DNA of 64,000 nucleotides from a virus: positions 2,581-66,580 of IMG/VR virus record IMGVR_UViG_3300015050_000902; one strand, 5' to 3'. The notes beneath the pieces were generated by a model. The model was not told where the DNA came from and searched no databases. It saw only the letters and a list, made by a program, of their open reading frames with translations. A program made the translations under genes and the position numbers. Every line of letters begins with the position of its first letter. The stretch's first letter is position 1. This document shows positions 1-8,987 of this stretch, piece after piece.

Positions 1-83
1 GGCCGGAGAGCCGGTTCGACAGCGTGACGATGCCGAACGTGCTGCCCTATACCAAGCGCGCCAAGGCCCCCAAGAAGCGCTGA
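1..83 (+). CDS. 3' end of an early gene (partial)
   Basis: Open frame ...SVTMPNVLPYTKRAKAPKKR ending TGA at 81-83. Confidence 0.5.
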   Translation, partial: PESRFDSVTMPNVLPYTKRAKAPKKR

Positions 84-150
84 TGTTTCGGCCTCTGCCC
101 CCGCAAGGCGGCAGAGAGCGAAGCACCATCGCTTCAGCAACTGAAGGAGA
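80..150 (+). promoter_or_regulatory. Structured intergenic RNA element, copy A
   Basis: CTGATGTTTCG-stem(GCAA loop)-CGAAGC..GCTTCAGCAACTGAAGGAG; near-identical to 61930-62000. Confidence 0.7.
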
Positions 151-156
151 AACCGA

Positions 157-879
157 ATGCTTGACCGTAGTGTCCACTTCATCGAACAGGAGCACATCCT
201 CGAACGTGCACCACAGGTGTTCGTGATGGCCAACAACGCCACCGCAGCGCTGGCCGATCAGGAGAAGATCGAGCGCAAGGGCGGCATGCGCCTGACCACC
301 ATCATGAAGGAGAGCATCCTCAACAAGGTGTACGACTTCAAATTCAAGAAGGCCGGCGACAAGCTCGATGCGAAGGAGCTGCAGCTGTCGCACCGTGCGA
401 TGGTGCAGGCGTTCGGGCAGCGCAAGCTCGACATGCTGGCCGAGATCGGGCTGCCCTATGCCCTCACGGCTGTGGACGGCTACGGTGAGCCGCTCACCGG
501 CGAGGAGCTGGACAACTGGCGCGGCACCAAGGTCACGTGGCGTGTCGGCGCCAGCGGCTACTCGATCGTCCTGCATGTGAAGGACCCGCTGCCGAGCGTG
601 CATGGTCGTGCCTCGGCCAAGTACTTCGTGGTGAAGCCGGGCACGCTGGCCGACGCTATCCAGCAGTGGCAGCAGGACTGCACCGAATGGGTAGCTGAGA
701 AGCGCACCATGCAGACTAAGGTCAACGCCGTGCTCAACAGCGTGACCACGTTCAACTCGCTGCAGAAGACATGGCCGGGTGGCGAGCGCTTCTACAAGCA
801 TCTCCCGGTCGACTTCCCGTTCCGCAATCAGGTGCCGGCGGTCCGGGTCGAAGAACTCAACGCTGCGCTGGGCCTCTGA
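157..879 (+). CDS. Nmad5-family (nucleotide modification associated domain 5) protein
   Basis: MRLT..KE.I segment and C-terminal LNSVTT..L..TWP...PAVRVEELNAALGL signature; GGAG RBS. Confidence 0.7.
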   Translation: MLDRSVHFIEQEHILERAPQVFVMANNATAALADQEKIERKGGMRLTTIMKESILNKVYDFKFKKAGDKLDAKELQLSHRAMVQAFGQRKLDMLAEIGLPYALTAVDGYGEPLTGEELDNWRGTKVTWRVGASGYSIVLHVKDPLPSVHGRASAKYFVVKPGTLADAIQQWQQDCTEWVAEKRTMQTKVNAVLNSVTTFNSLQKTWPGGERFYKHLPVDFPFRNQVPAVRVEELNAALGL

Positions 880-950
880 TCCTTCGACACTGCCCCCTGC
901 GGGGGGCAGCACGAAGCACCACGAGCTTCACAACGCAACCAACTGAGGAG
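876..950 (+). promoter_or_regulatory. Structured intergenic RNA element, copy B (diverged)
   Basis: TGA-TCCTTCG-stem-CGAAGC..GCTTCA..CTGAGGAG, same layout as copies A and C. Confidence 0.6.
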
Positions 951-956
951 AATTGA

Positions 957-2129
957 ATGAACATTATCGAAGCACGACGCGAGACCATGGCGCTGATCGA
1001 AGCCGGCAATGCCGCGCTCTGGTCCAGCGGCTCCGGCCTCGGCAAGAGCAGCGTGGCGTTCTCCATGTTCGAGGAGATCAGGGACCGCGATGCTGCGCTC
1101 CCCCGGCCGATCCGCTGGGGCTTTGGCCAAATCTTCGCGGCCACCCAGAACCCGGCCGACATCATCGGCTACCAGTTCAAGGGTGAGCGCACCTACCAGA
1201 TCACCAACCCGGTCACCGGCCAGCCCGTGGATCACACGATCACGGTGACCGAGCCCAGCGTGCCGCTGTGGATGATGATGAGCGACGGCAAGGGCGGCCC
1301 GATGATGCCGGCCTTCATGTTCGACAAGTTCTTCCTGCTGATCGACGAGTACGGCCAGGGTGAAGCCGACACCAAGCGTGTCATCGCCGAGGTGTTCCTC
1401 AACGGTGGCACCAGCCCGTGGTACCTGCCGCACGGCTCTGTGCGTCTGGCCTGCACCAATCAGGGCGCCCGCTACGGTGTGTCGAAAGACTTCGACTTCT
1501 GCATCGCACGTCGTTCGCAGATCGACATCGAAGGCGACATCGACATCACGCTGCGCTACATGGACAAGCCCTACTACCATCAGGGCAAGCAGTGGCAGAC
1601 CACGCCGGTCATCAAGGCGTGGGCAGCGGCGAACCCGCAGATCGTGTTCGAGCAGGAGCCGAAGGAGCAGGGACCGTGGTGCAACCCACGCCAGCTCTGC
1701 GCCGTCGACCGCTACCTGCAGACCAAGTGGCAGATGCAGGGCAATCAGGACATCGAGGCTGTCGCTGCTTCCACCATCGCTGGGACGATCGGCATGCCTG
1801 CCACCCAGTCGCTGCTCTCGCATCTCCAGTTCTTGCTGGAGCTGCCGAGCTACAACGATGTCGTCTCGGACCCAGCGAACTGCCCGGTGCCTAACAGGGC
1901 CGATCTGCAGATGCTGATGGCCTACCAGCTTGCGGGCTACACGCAGCAGGCTGATCTCGGTCCGTGCATCCAGTACATCCAACGCCTGCCGAAGGACATG
2001 GGTGTCACCTACATCAGTTCGCTGCTTCGCAGGGACTACAAGGGCATCATCGGCCAGCCGGCGATGCAGGCCTGGATCAACAAGAACGCGGCTCTGGTGA
2101 GCATCATCTCGTCTCTCGCAACCCAGTAA
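957..2129 (+). CDS. MoxR-like AAA+ ATPase
   Basis: Walker A SGSGLGKS, Walker B LLIDE, sensor NPR; near a VWA/metallopeptidase gene. Confidence 0.8.
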   Translation: MNIIEARRETMALIEAGNAALWSSGSGLGKSSVAFSMFEEIRDRDAALPRPIRWGFGQIFAATQNPADIIGYQFKGERTYQITNPVTGQPVDHTITVTEPSVPLWMMMSDGKGGPMMPAFMFDKFFLLIDEYGQGEADTKRVIAEVFLNGGTSPWYLPHGSVRLACTNQGARYGVSKDFDFCIARRSQIDIEGDIDITLRYMDKPYYHQGKQWQTTPVIKAWAAANPQIVFEQEPKEQGPWCNPRQLCAVDRYLQTKWQMQGNQDIEAVAASTIAGTIGMPATQSLLSHLQFLLELPSYNDVVSDPANCPVPNRADLQMLMAYQLAGYTQQADLGPCIQYIQRLPKDMGVTYISSLLRRDYKGIIGQPAMQAWINKNAALVSIISSLATQ

Positions 2130-2220
2130 GCCCGTACGCGTCTCTCGCCCCCCGTAAGCCGACACCCAGCCGGGCAGGTCCCGGACACATGGCAAGCGGA
2201 CACGGGGCGCGAGAGAGCGC

Positions 2221-2235
2221 TTACCGCCACGGTAA
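2221..2235. repeat. TTACCGYNRCGGTAA palindrome (intergenic)
   Basis: ttaccgccacggtaa. Confidence 0.9.
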
Positions 2236-2408
2236 CAAGGTGCCAATGAATGCCCCGCACTCGTGAAATCTTACAAGGTATGTCATATCGCGATCTAGAG
2301 GCATTCACCGGCCCCGATGACCACTGTGATCGATTGATCGAGTGGAAGGCAGGCAGCATCTCGGTGCTGAAGCATTACAAGCTAGACACCATAACGAGAG
2401 GAGCACAC

Positions 2409-2693
2409 ATGCAAAGACAGTTCACGATCGAGTTGCGGGTTGACTTCGCCGATCCGGAGAAGCTGCCCGAACTCAAGAAGGTGCTGCAGCAGGCTGCGCG
2501 TCATGCGTTCGCCACGGCACAGCTGATCAGCGACAATCCCAAGTCGACCCAGATCGCGATCTTCAGCGACGACTTCTTCTCTGGGCACGAGGAGATCAAG
2601 CTGCTCGACGACACCATTCAGAACGGCCTGGATGAGATCGGCGAGACCAGCGGCAGCGAGGGCATCTCCAGCGAGCTGGCGGGAGCAGTCTGA
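2409..2693 (+). CDS. Hypothetical acidic protein
   Basis: ATG 2409 with GAGGAG RBS; phage-like codon usage. Confidence 0.7.
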   Translation: MQRQFTIELRVDFADPEKLPELKKVLQQAARHAFATAQLISDNPKSTQIAIFSDDFFSGHEEIKLLDDTIQNGLDEIGETSGSEGISSELAGAV

Positions 2694-3040
2694 TGCCGCT
2701 GAGCCCGAAACAGGCCGGCGGCATTGCCAAGCGCAATCGTCTGGCGCGGATGACGCTGCAGGGGGCTGCACCAGCGCTCGGCTCCCTGCCAGCCAGCGTG
2801 TCCCCAATCGCGCCGCCGGCGACGCAAGGGGGCCCTACGCACGCCAATGTGCGCAAGCCCTCTGACCAGCGCTTCCGTTCGTTCTGCGAGCGGTATGCAG
2901 TGGCCAGGGCGCACCTGCTCACCAACGACCCGGCGAAGCTCCCCGAGGAGCAGTGGCTGATGGTGATGGACGCCAAGCGCTTCTATGCCATGATCGAGCG
3001 GGCCGGACAGAACATCCAGCCCGAGGACGGTGTGTTCTGA
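2693..3040 (+). CDS. Hypothetical protein
   Basis: TGATG coupling at both ends. Confidence 0.65.
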   Translation: MPLSPKQAGGIAKRNRLARMTLQGAAPALGSLPASVSPIAPPATQGGPTHANVRKPSDQRFRSFCERYAVARAHLLTNDPAKLPEEQWLMVMDAKRFYAMIERAGQNIQPEDGVF

Positions 3041-3243
3041 TGACGGAGTGCACGGGCAAACGATACTGGAGGAAACGCATCGATGAGTGTGTCGATCGCT
3101 GCCGTGAGCAGTATCGGTTGCGGCTGCACAATCTCTCCCCTAGGATGTCGAACAGGGACCTGCGAAGGTTCACGGCGTGGCATGACAAGCGCCTCTACTA
3201 CCTTCGCAAGGTCCGTGCCCGATGGGGCAAGAGCGCAGCATGA
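3040..3243 (+). CDS. Small basic protein, paralog family A
   Basis: Stop/start overlap; RI.EC..R...W..KRLYYL. Confidence 0.55.
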   Translation: MTECTGKRYWRKRIDECVDRCREQYRLRLHNLSPRMSNRDLRRFTAWHDKRLYYLRKVRARWGKSAA

Positions 3244-3566
3244 GCACCCGGCCATACGCAACACAGGGTGGACTGCGGATCAGGCAATGCTACAATCGCC
3301 GCCTGATCGAGTATCGGCAACGCTGCCGCGAGCTGGTTGACCGGCAGCGGCACCCGATCGGCGCCTGCAGCGCGGACTGGGACGCGTGGGTGCACTGGGT
3401 ACGCGATTGGGAGGCAGCATTGCTTTCCAACCGTGATCGACTGATCGAACAAGCTGAACAACGAGCAAAGGAGCAACGCAGTGAGCGCAAACGCAAATCC
3501 ATCGCCGCCAGTCGAGGAAGAAGAACTCGACTTGACGCCGATCGGGCTGACGCCAGCCCAGACTAG
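3240..3566 (+). CDS. Small basic protein, probable paralog family A
   Basis: ATGA overlap; RIRQCYNR motif. Confidence 0.5.
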   Translation: MSTRPYATQGGLRIRQCYNRRLIEYRQRCRELVDRQRHPIGACSADWDAWVHWVRDWEAALLSNRDRLIEQAEQRAKEQRSERKRKSIAASRGRRTRLDADRADASPD

Positions 3567-4794
3567 CCAGTGGCAGGACACCATGTCGCTCATGGCGTGG
3601 ACCTGTCCCGGCTTCCGCCACCTGTTCTACAAGCTGCTGGCCAACAACTCCGGCAGCTACGGAGCGGTGCCCACCAAGGGTGTCCCGGTCGCTGCGACCG
3701 ACGCCCGCAACATCCTGATCAACCCCGACACGTTCTTCCGCTACTCGCTGAAGGAGCGCGTGTTCATCATGGGGCACGAGGTGGTGCACAACGTCTATGG
3801 CGACGTCGAGTTCCTGAATGCCTGCGCCCGCTCCGGCAACGTGCCGCAGGACAACGGCCAGCCCGGCATCCCCTTCCGCGAGCAGACCATGCAGAAGGCG
3901 ATGGACTACCGCATCAATGCGCTGCTCGAAGAGAGCCGCATCGGCAGCGTGCCGAAGGATGCCTGCCTCGACAAGACCATCGCAACGGCCAACGAAGGCA
4001 TCTGCGATGTCTACAAGAAGGTCTATGAGGACGAAGAGAACGGCGGGCAGAAGACAGGCCCGCACAACCCCTTCGACGTCGTGCTCAAGCCGGGCAAGTC
4101 CAACAACACCCAGCAGCAGCCTCGCAACCCGCAGCAGTGGGCAGTCGAGATCGCGGCAGCGCAGGTGCTGGAGAGCATGAAGAACCAGGGCAAGGGGGCA
4201 GGGGCACTGGATCGCTTCTTCAACCAGCTCCTGAACCCCGTGGTGCCGTGGACCGAGCACATCCGCGGTATCTTCAACCGCAAGGTCGGCAGCGGCAGTT
4301 ACAACTGGCGCAAGCCTGACCGTCGCTTCATCGTGCGGGACCTCTACATGCCCTCCCGCTCCGGCAACGGCGCCGGCTGGGTGGTGTGCTGGGGCGACAC
4401 CTCAGGCTCCATCGGCGAGGATGAGATGTGCCGCTACCTCGCCGAACTGTCCTCCATCCTGGACGAGTGCAAGCCGCAGCGCATCACCATGGTGTGGTGC
4501 GACGACGAGATCGGTGTGCGGGATGACGGCAGCCCGACCATCGACGAGATCGAGGAAGCCATCGACCTCGAAACCATCAAGCACGCCGGTGTCAAGGGCG
4601 GTGGTGGCACGAGTGTCCACCCCGTGTTCGACTGGATCGCCCAGAGCACGGAGACACCCGAGGTGTTCATCGGGTTCACCGACGGCTATGTGGACTTCCC
4701 GCCGCAGGCACCGCCGATCCCGGTGATCATCTGGGCCATGACGACGGACAAGGACGCACCGTTCGGTGAGAACGTGCGGATCAACCCGAAGTGA
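3481..4794 (+). CDS. DUF2201-like metallopeptidase plus VWA domain protein
   Basis: HEVVH (HExxH), MIDAS DTSGS, GGGGT and FTDG motifs. Confidence 0.85.
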   Translation: MSANANPSPPVEEEELDLTPIGLTPAQTSQWQDTMSLMAWTCPGFRHLFYKLLANNSGSYGAVPTKGVPVAATDARNILINPDTFFRYSLKERVFIMGHEVVHNVYGDVEFLNACARSGNVPQDNGQPGIPFREQTMQKAMDYRINALLEESRIGSVPKDACLDKTIATANEGICDVYKKVYEDEENGGQKTGPHNPFDVVLKPGKSNNTQQQPRNPQQWAVEIAAAQVLESMKNQGKGAGALDRFFNQLLNPVVPWTEHIRGIFNRKVGSGSYNWRKPDRRFIVRDLYMPSRSGNGAGWVVCWGDTSGSIGEDEMCRYLAELSSILDECKPQRITMVWCDDEIGVRDDGSPTIDEIEEAIDLETIKHAGVKGGGGTSVHPVFDWIAQSTETPEVFIGFTDGYVDFPPQAPPIPVIIWAMTTDKDAPFGENVRINPK

Positions 4795-4994
4795 TGGAGC
4801 CACGACCAACCAAGGTGCAGCTGTTGGCCGCCCTCGAACGCCTAGAACGGCGCGAGAAGGCGGCCATCGCCGCTGCCGTGATCCATCAAGGTAATTGGAC
4901 GCCCCTGCCGCGCCCCTTTGTGAGGCAGCAGCTGCGCACGTGGTTCGGCCTGCGCAAGGACGAGATCAACAAGCTATGGCGGGGGTGGGAATGA
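4791..4994 (+). CDS. Small protein, paralog family A
   Basis: Overlaps the previous stop; QLRTWFGLRKD. Confidence 0.55.
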   Translation: MMEPRPTKVQLLAALERLERREKAAIAAAVIHQGNWTPLPRPFVRQQLRTWFGLRKDEINKLWRGWE

Positions 4995-5281
4995 TCGGCA
5001 GCAGCCCCGGCCGCCCCGGACCGTACAGCTGCGCGCTCGCAGCCCTCAACAGGGCGCGGTCACGCTACGACGCAGCAGCGCGAGTGTTCAAGCCCGCCTA
5101 CCATCACAACGAGGGCAAGCTGACAGGTCGCGAGCCCCTGACGCAAGCGGAGCACACCGCGGCGATGCGCCGTATGCAATGGCACAAGGCGTGGATCGAG
5201 GTGGGCGAAGCCGCCATCAGATCACACACTAGCGAATATCAAAAGCGCACGGGCAGTTGGTGCTCTTCCGATGGAACATAG
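4991..5281 (+). CDS. Hypothetical protein
   Basis: ATGA overlap with upstream gene. Confidence 0.5.
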   Translation: MIGSSPGRPGPYSCALAALNRARSRYDAAARVFKPAYHHNEGKLTGREPLTQAEHTAAMRRMQWHKAWIEVGEAAIRSHTSEYQKRTGSWCSSDGT

Positions 5282-5465
5282 GGAAGAGAGCGCCGAGAAG
5301 CGCGCGATCCATGAGTGCATGAAGCGGCTGGGCAAGCGGTATCAGCGAACGCACCTCGACATGATCGAGACCGTGCGACCCCAGCTGCGAGAGTGGTTCG
5401 AGGCGCGCATGGATTATCTGCAGGACGAGTATCGGAAGGCGGCCGATGGAAACGATGACCACTGA
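5271..5465 (+). CDS. Small protein, paralog family A
   Basis: CMKR...QLREWFEARMDYLQDEY. Confidence 0.6.
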   Translation: MEHREESAEKRAIHECMKRLGKRYQRTHLDMIETVRPQLREWFEARMDYLQDEYRKAADGNDDH

Positions 5466-5748
5466 CGAGCGCATCCTGTGGTGCATGAAGCGGCACGTGG
5501 CGCGGGAGCACCAGATTTCGCGGGTCCAGGCGCCGCTGCGCATCTGGTTCCTGATGCGGATGGACTACCTGGAGCGCGAATACCTCGCCGCCATCAACGC
5601 CGCCGACAACATCATCGGCAAGCAGTGGCTTTTCGACCAGCGCCCGCGGTTTCGGCTGCGCTACTATAGTTCGGCGCAGAAGGCGCTGATCGACGCTTAC
5701 CGTGACGGTAATCCCCCCACCACAGCAGAGGAGATCAAAAATGGGTAG
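5446..5748 (+). CDS. Small protein, paralog family A
   Basis: CMKR...PLRIWFLMRMDYLEREY. Confidence 0.6.
   Translation: METMTTDERILWCMKRHVAREHQISRVQAPLRIWFLMRMDYLEREYLAAINAADNIIGKQWLFDQRPRFRLRYYSSAQKALIDAYRDGNPPTTAEEIKNG
5697..5711. repeat. TTACCGYNRCGGTAA palindrome (in CDS)
   Basis: ttaccgtgacggtaa. Confidence 0.9.
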
Positions 5749-6466
5749 ACGCAATACACGGCACGTGTCCTCCAACCCGGGCGAGCGTGCTTCGATCGGC
5801 GACAGCTACGTTGCCGAGGCAGTCAAGGCACTCAACACCACCTGTCAGAAGACAGTGACGGTGATGACGCACTGGCAGCAGACCCGGGAGGCCACACTGC
5901 CGATGCTGTTCAGCGATCGGGTCCTCGAAAAGATGCACGCGGTTCGTGGTCTGGTGGATCACCGCAGCGACAACATCAACTACGACATGGGCGACGGTGC
6001 GACGCTGACCATCAACTATCACGAGGCTCGCCTGCCGGCCATCAATGCCACCGCGCTCCGTCACGATCGCGCGATCACGGCAGCGGGGCTGTACGAACAC
6101 ATCGCCGCGATCAAGGCTGTCCACGACCGCTTCGAGGAGGTGAAGGGTGTGCTGCGCTGGTGCAACAAGCACTGCACCCCAGGGGCCATCAGGTACAACT
6201 TCCCCCAGGCACTGCAGCTCTGCCCGCAGGCGCCGGCCTTCCGGGACATGTCCGGTGTCCCGACCCGCCACGTCAACCCGTCGAACATCGGCGGCTGGGT
6301 GCAGCCGATCAAGGATGCGGCAGCGACACTGGCGCAGGCTGTGATGCTCCCCGATGACGTGAAGCCGCGCGACAAGGGCACAATGTGGTTGACATTCGCG
6401 TCGAAGACGATACATCTGGCGGTCGACGCATACTACGAAACGGACGTGATGACCTATAATTTTTAG
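5741..6466 (+). CDS. Hypothetical protein
   Basis: GAGGAG RBS, ATG 5741, 241 aa, ends 8 bp before the polymerase gene. Confidence 0.75.
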   Translation: MGRRNTRHVSSNPGERASIGDSYVAEAVKALNTTCQKTVTVMTHWQQTREATLPMLFSDRVLEKMHAVRGLVDHRSDNINYDMGDGATLTINYHEARLPAINATALRHDRAITAAGLYEHIAAIKAVHDRFEEVKGVLRWCNKHCTPGAIRYNFPQALQLCPQAPAFRDMSGVPTRHVNPSNIGGWVQPIKDAAATLAQAVMLPDDVKPRDKGTMWLTFASKTIHLAVDAYYETDVMTYNF

Positions 6467-6474
6467 AAGGTTGC

Positions 6475-8529
6475 ATGGCGCTCACTCCCCCCAAACCAAA
6501 ACAGCTGCTCTTCCTCGACTTTGAAACCTATTTCGATAGGGAGTACTCGTTGAGGAAGATGCCGACGCCCAACTACATTTTGGACCCCCGGTTCGAGATG
6601 CAGATGTGCGCCGTGAAGATCATGGACCTGACCCCAGTGGGTATGGCCACTGCAGCGCTGAGCGCGCGCTTCAACCCACACCCGCTGGACGAACACTTCA
6701 TCGTCGATGGCCCAGACTTCCAAGACTTCATTGCCACCATCGACCCCAGCACCACCACCACCGTCACCTTCAACGCTCTCTTCGACAACTCCATCCTCGC
6801 ATGGAAATACGGCTGGGTGCCGCACACCATGCTCGACGCGATGGGGATGGCCCGGGCTCTCCTAGGCCACGAACTGACCAGCTTCTCCCTCAAGAACGTC
6901 GCTGACTTCCTGCACCTGGGTGCGAAGGGCGGTGCCCTCGCCAACATGATGGGCAAGCGGCGTGCGCAGATCATCTCGGAAGGGCTCTGGCCCTCGTTCT
7001 GCCAGTACGCGCTGCAGGACAATCACCTGTGTGAGCAAATCTTCCTGCAGCTATACCCCCAATTCCCGTGGAGCGAGCGCCGGCTGATGGACATGGTCAT
7101 CCGCTGCTGTGTCGAACCCCGCTTCCTGGTCAACGTCCCCATGCTCACGCAGCATCTGGAGGACGTGCGGGCAGCCAAGGAGCAGCTGATCAGGGACGCC
7201 GACAATGTCGACCCCAAGATCATCATGTCCACCCCCAAGTTCAAGAAGGCATTGGAGGACCGCGGCGTAGAGGTGGAGATGAAAGTCTCTCCTACGACTG
7301 GCAAGGAGACCCCCTGCTTCGCCAAGACCGACGAGTTCATGGAGCTACTGCAGGATCATGCTGACCCCGTGGTGGCAGCTATGGCAGCGGCACGCATCGG
7401 GCTAAAGTCGACGCTGGAAGAGACACGCTCGGAGAAGCTCCTAAGCGTGGCCAATCAGGACTGGTCGACATGGCACAAACAGTATTCCTCGACCGCCGCT
7501 GACCCGGTCCCCAACTCCGCGCATTACATGCCGATCCCGCTGCGCTACGGTGCGGCACACACTCACCGGCTGGGCGGCGAGTGGGGCATGAACATGCAGA
7601 ACATGCCGACCGTGCGAGGGTCGAAAGGTAAAAGCAAGCTACGCCAGAGCCTCATCGTCGGCCCCGACCAGACTGTGGTGACGTGCGACTTGTCGCAGAT
7701 CGAGGCGCGGCTGGTGGCGTGGATTTGCGGCTGCACCCGGCTCGTCAATGAGTTCGCACAGAACCAAGACCCGTACAGCCTGCTCGCGACGGACATCTTC
7801 GGCAAGCCGATCAACCGCAAGCTGAAGGATGCCAACGGCAAGGTCATCTATGAGATCGAGGGCTTCATCGGCAAGACCGGCATTCTGGGGCTCGGCTACG
7901 GATGCGGCAAGGATAACTTCGACACCATGATCACGCGCTCGGCCCGCAGCATGGGGCTGGACATCTCGCAGGTCTATAACCGCGAGATCGGCGACCGTGG
8001 CGTGGACAGCTATCGCCGGCGCTACCACGAAATCCCGCGCGGCTGGCAAATCCTCGACCAGATGATCCGCACCTACTGGCTCTCTGGATCGAGCACCTGC
8101 AAGTTCGGCCCCTGCGAAATCTCCTACGGTAACGTGCTGCTCCCCTCGGGGCTCTCGCTGCGCTACGCGGAGCCCGGGACGCGCACCAACGATCAAGGCC
8201 GCACCGAATACGTTTACCGCTACGGTAAATTCTGGCACAAACTCTATGGCGCGAAATTCCTGGAGAACATTGTGCAGGCTCTCGCGCGTATCGTGGTGAT
8301 GAATGCAGCACTGCGCATCAGAGACAGAGGGCTCTACACGACGAACCCGCGCGACTATCGCTTCACGCTGCAGGCGCATGACGAACTCGTGTTCATTGTG
8401 CAGACATCGGAGCTTGACGCCGCCAAGAAAATTATCCTAGAGGAGATGCGACGGGTCCCGTCATGGGCACCGACCGCGCCGATTGACGCCGAGTTGGGTC
8501 AAGGCGCTTCATACGGAGAAGCCAAATGA
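6475..8529 (+). CDS. polA: DNA polymerase family A with N-terminal 3'-5' exonuclease
   Basis: Exo I DFET, motif A DLSQIEAR, motif B GKTGILGLGYG, motif C AHDELV. Confidence 0.95.
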   Translation: MALTPPKPKQLLFLDFETYFDREYSLRKMPTPNYILDPRFEMQMCAVKIMDLTPVGMATAALSARFNPHPLDEHFIVDGPDFQDFIATIDPSTTTTVTFNALFDNSILAWKYGWVPHTMLDAMGMARALLGHELTSFSLKNVADFLHLGAKGGALANMMGKRRAQIISEGLWPSFCQYALQDNHLCEQIFLQLYPQFPWSERRLMDMVIRCCVEPRFLVNVPMLTQHLEDVRAAKEQLIRDADNVDPKIIMSTPKFKKALEDRGVEVEMKVSPTTGKETPCFAKTDEFMELLQDHADPVVAAMAAARIGLKSTLEETRSEKLLSVANQDWSTWHKQYSSTAADPVPNSAHYMPIPLRYGAAHTHRLGGEWGMNMQNMPTVRGSKGKSKLRQSLIVGPDQTVVTCDLSQIEARLVAWICGCTRLVNEFAQNQDPYSLLATDIFGKPINRKLKDANGKVIYEIEGFIGKTGILGLGYGCGKDNFDTMITRSARSMGLDISQVYNREIGDRGVDSYRRRYHEIPRGWQILDQMIRTYWLSGSSTCKFGPCEISYGNVLLPSGLSLRYAEPGTRTNDQGRTEYVYRYGKFWHKLYGAKFLENIVQALARIVVMNAALRIRDRGLYTTNPRDYRFTLQAHDELVFIVQTSELDAAKKIILEEMRRVPSWAPTAPIDAELGQGASYGEAK
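8214..8228. repeat. TTACCGYNRCGGTAA palindrome (in polymerase CDS)
   Basis: ttaccgctacggtaa. Confidence 0.9.
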
Positions 8530-8987
8530 GCCTGCCACGAAGCGATGTCCAACATCGCATCTACCTCGCCGGCCCGATGCAGGGCATTCGCGAGTTCAAC
8601 TTCCCCCGCTTCCACGCTGTGTCTGCCGCCTTGCGCGCCCAAGGGCACATCGTATTCTCCCCCGCAGAGAAAGACATCGAGCGTCATGCCGGTGTGGACA
8701 TCTCCAAGGGCAACGAGACCGGAAGCCTCGCCCAGTCCAAGACCGAGCACAAGTTCTCTCTCCGGCAAGCGCTGGATGAGGACCTGCACTTCATCTGTAC
8801 AGTATCCACGCTCGTCGTGATGCTGCCGGGATGGGAGCGCTCCAACGGATCGCAGTCTGAGCAGCGCACCGCTGCCGCCCTCTACAGCGAAGGTGTCGAC
8901 CTTCACTACCTCACCGAGGACGACTGCAAAGCCTGCGAACGCGAGTTCGCTGGTGTGGCACCGGAGGGCAACCCCGATGTCGCGTAA
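8526..8987 (+). CDS. DUF4406 / nucleoside 2-deoxyribosyltransferase-like protein
   Basis: IYLAGPM.G...FNFP.F...G..V.SPAE and LPGWE.S.G...E signatures. Confidence 0.8.
   Translation: MSLPRSDVQHRIYLAGPMQGIREFNFPRFHAVSAALRAQGHIVFSPAEKDIERHAGVDISKGNETGSLAQSKTEHKFSLRQALDEDLHFICTVSTLVVMLPGWERSNGSQSEQRTAAALYSEGVDLHYLTEDDCKACEREFAGVAPEGNPDVA

Noticed and set aside
80-150. Hammerhead ribozyme reading of the repeated CTGATG...CGAA element
   Set aside because: The core needs CUGAnGA and GAAA; here it is CUGAUGU and GAAG, and these segments pair with each other
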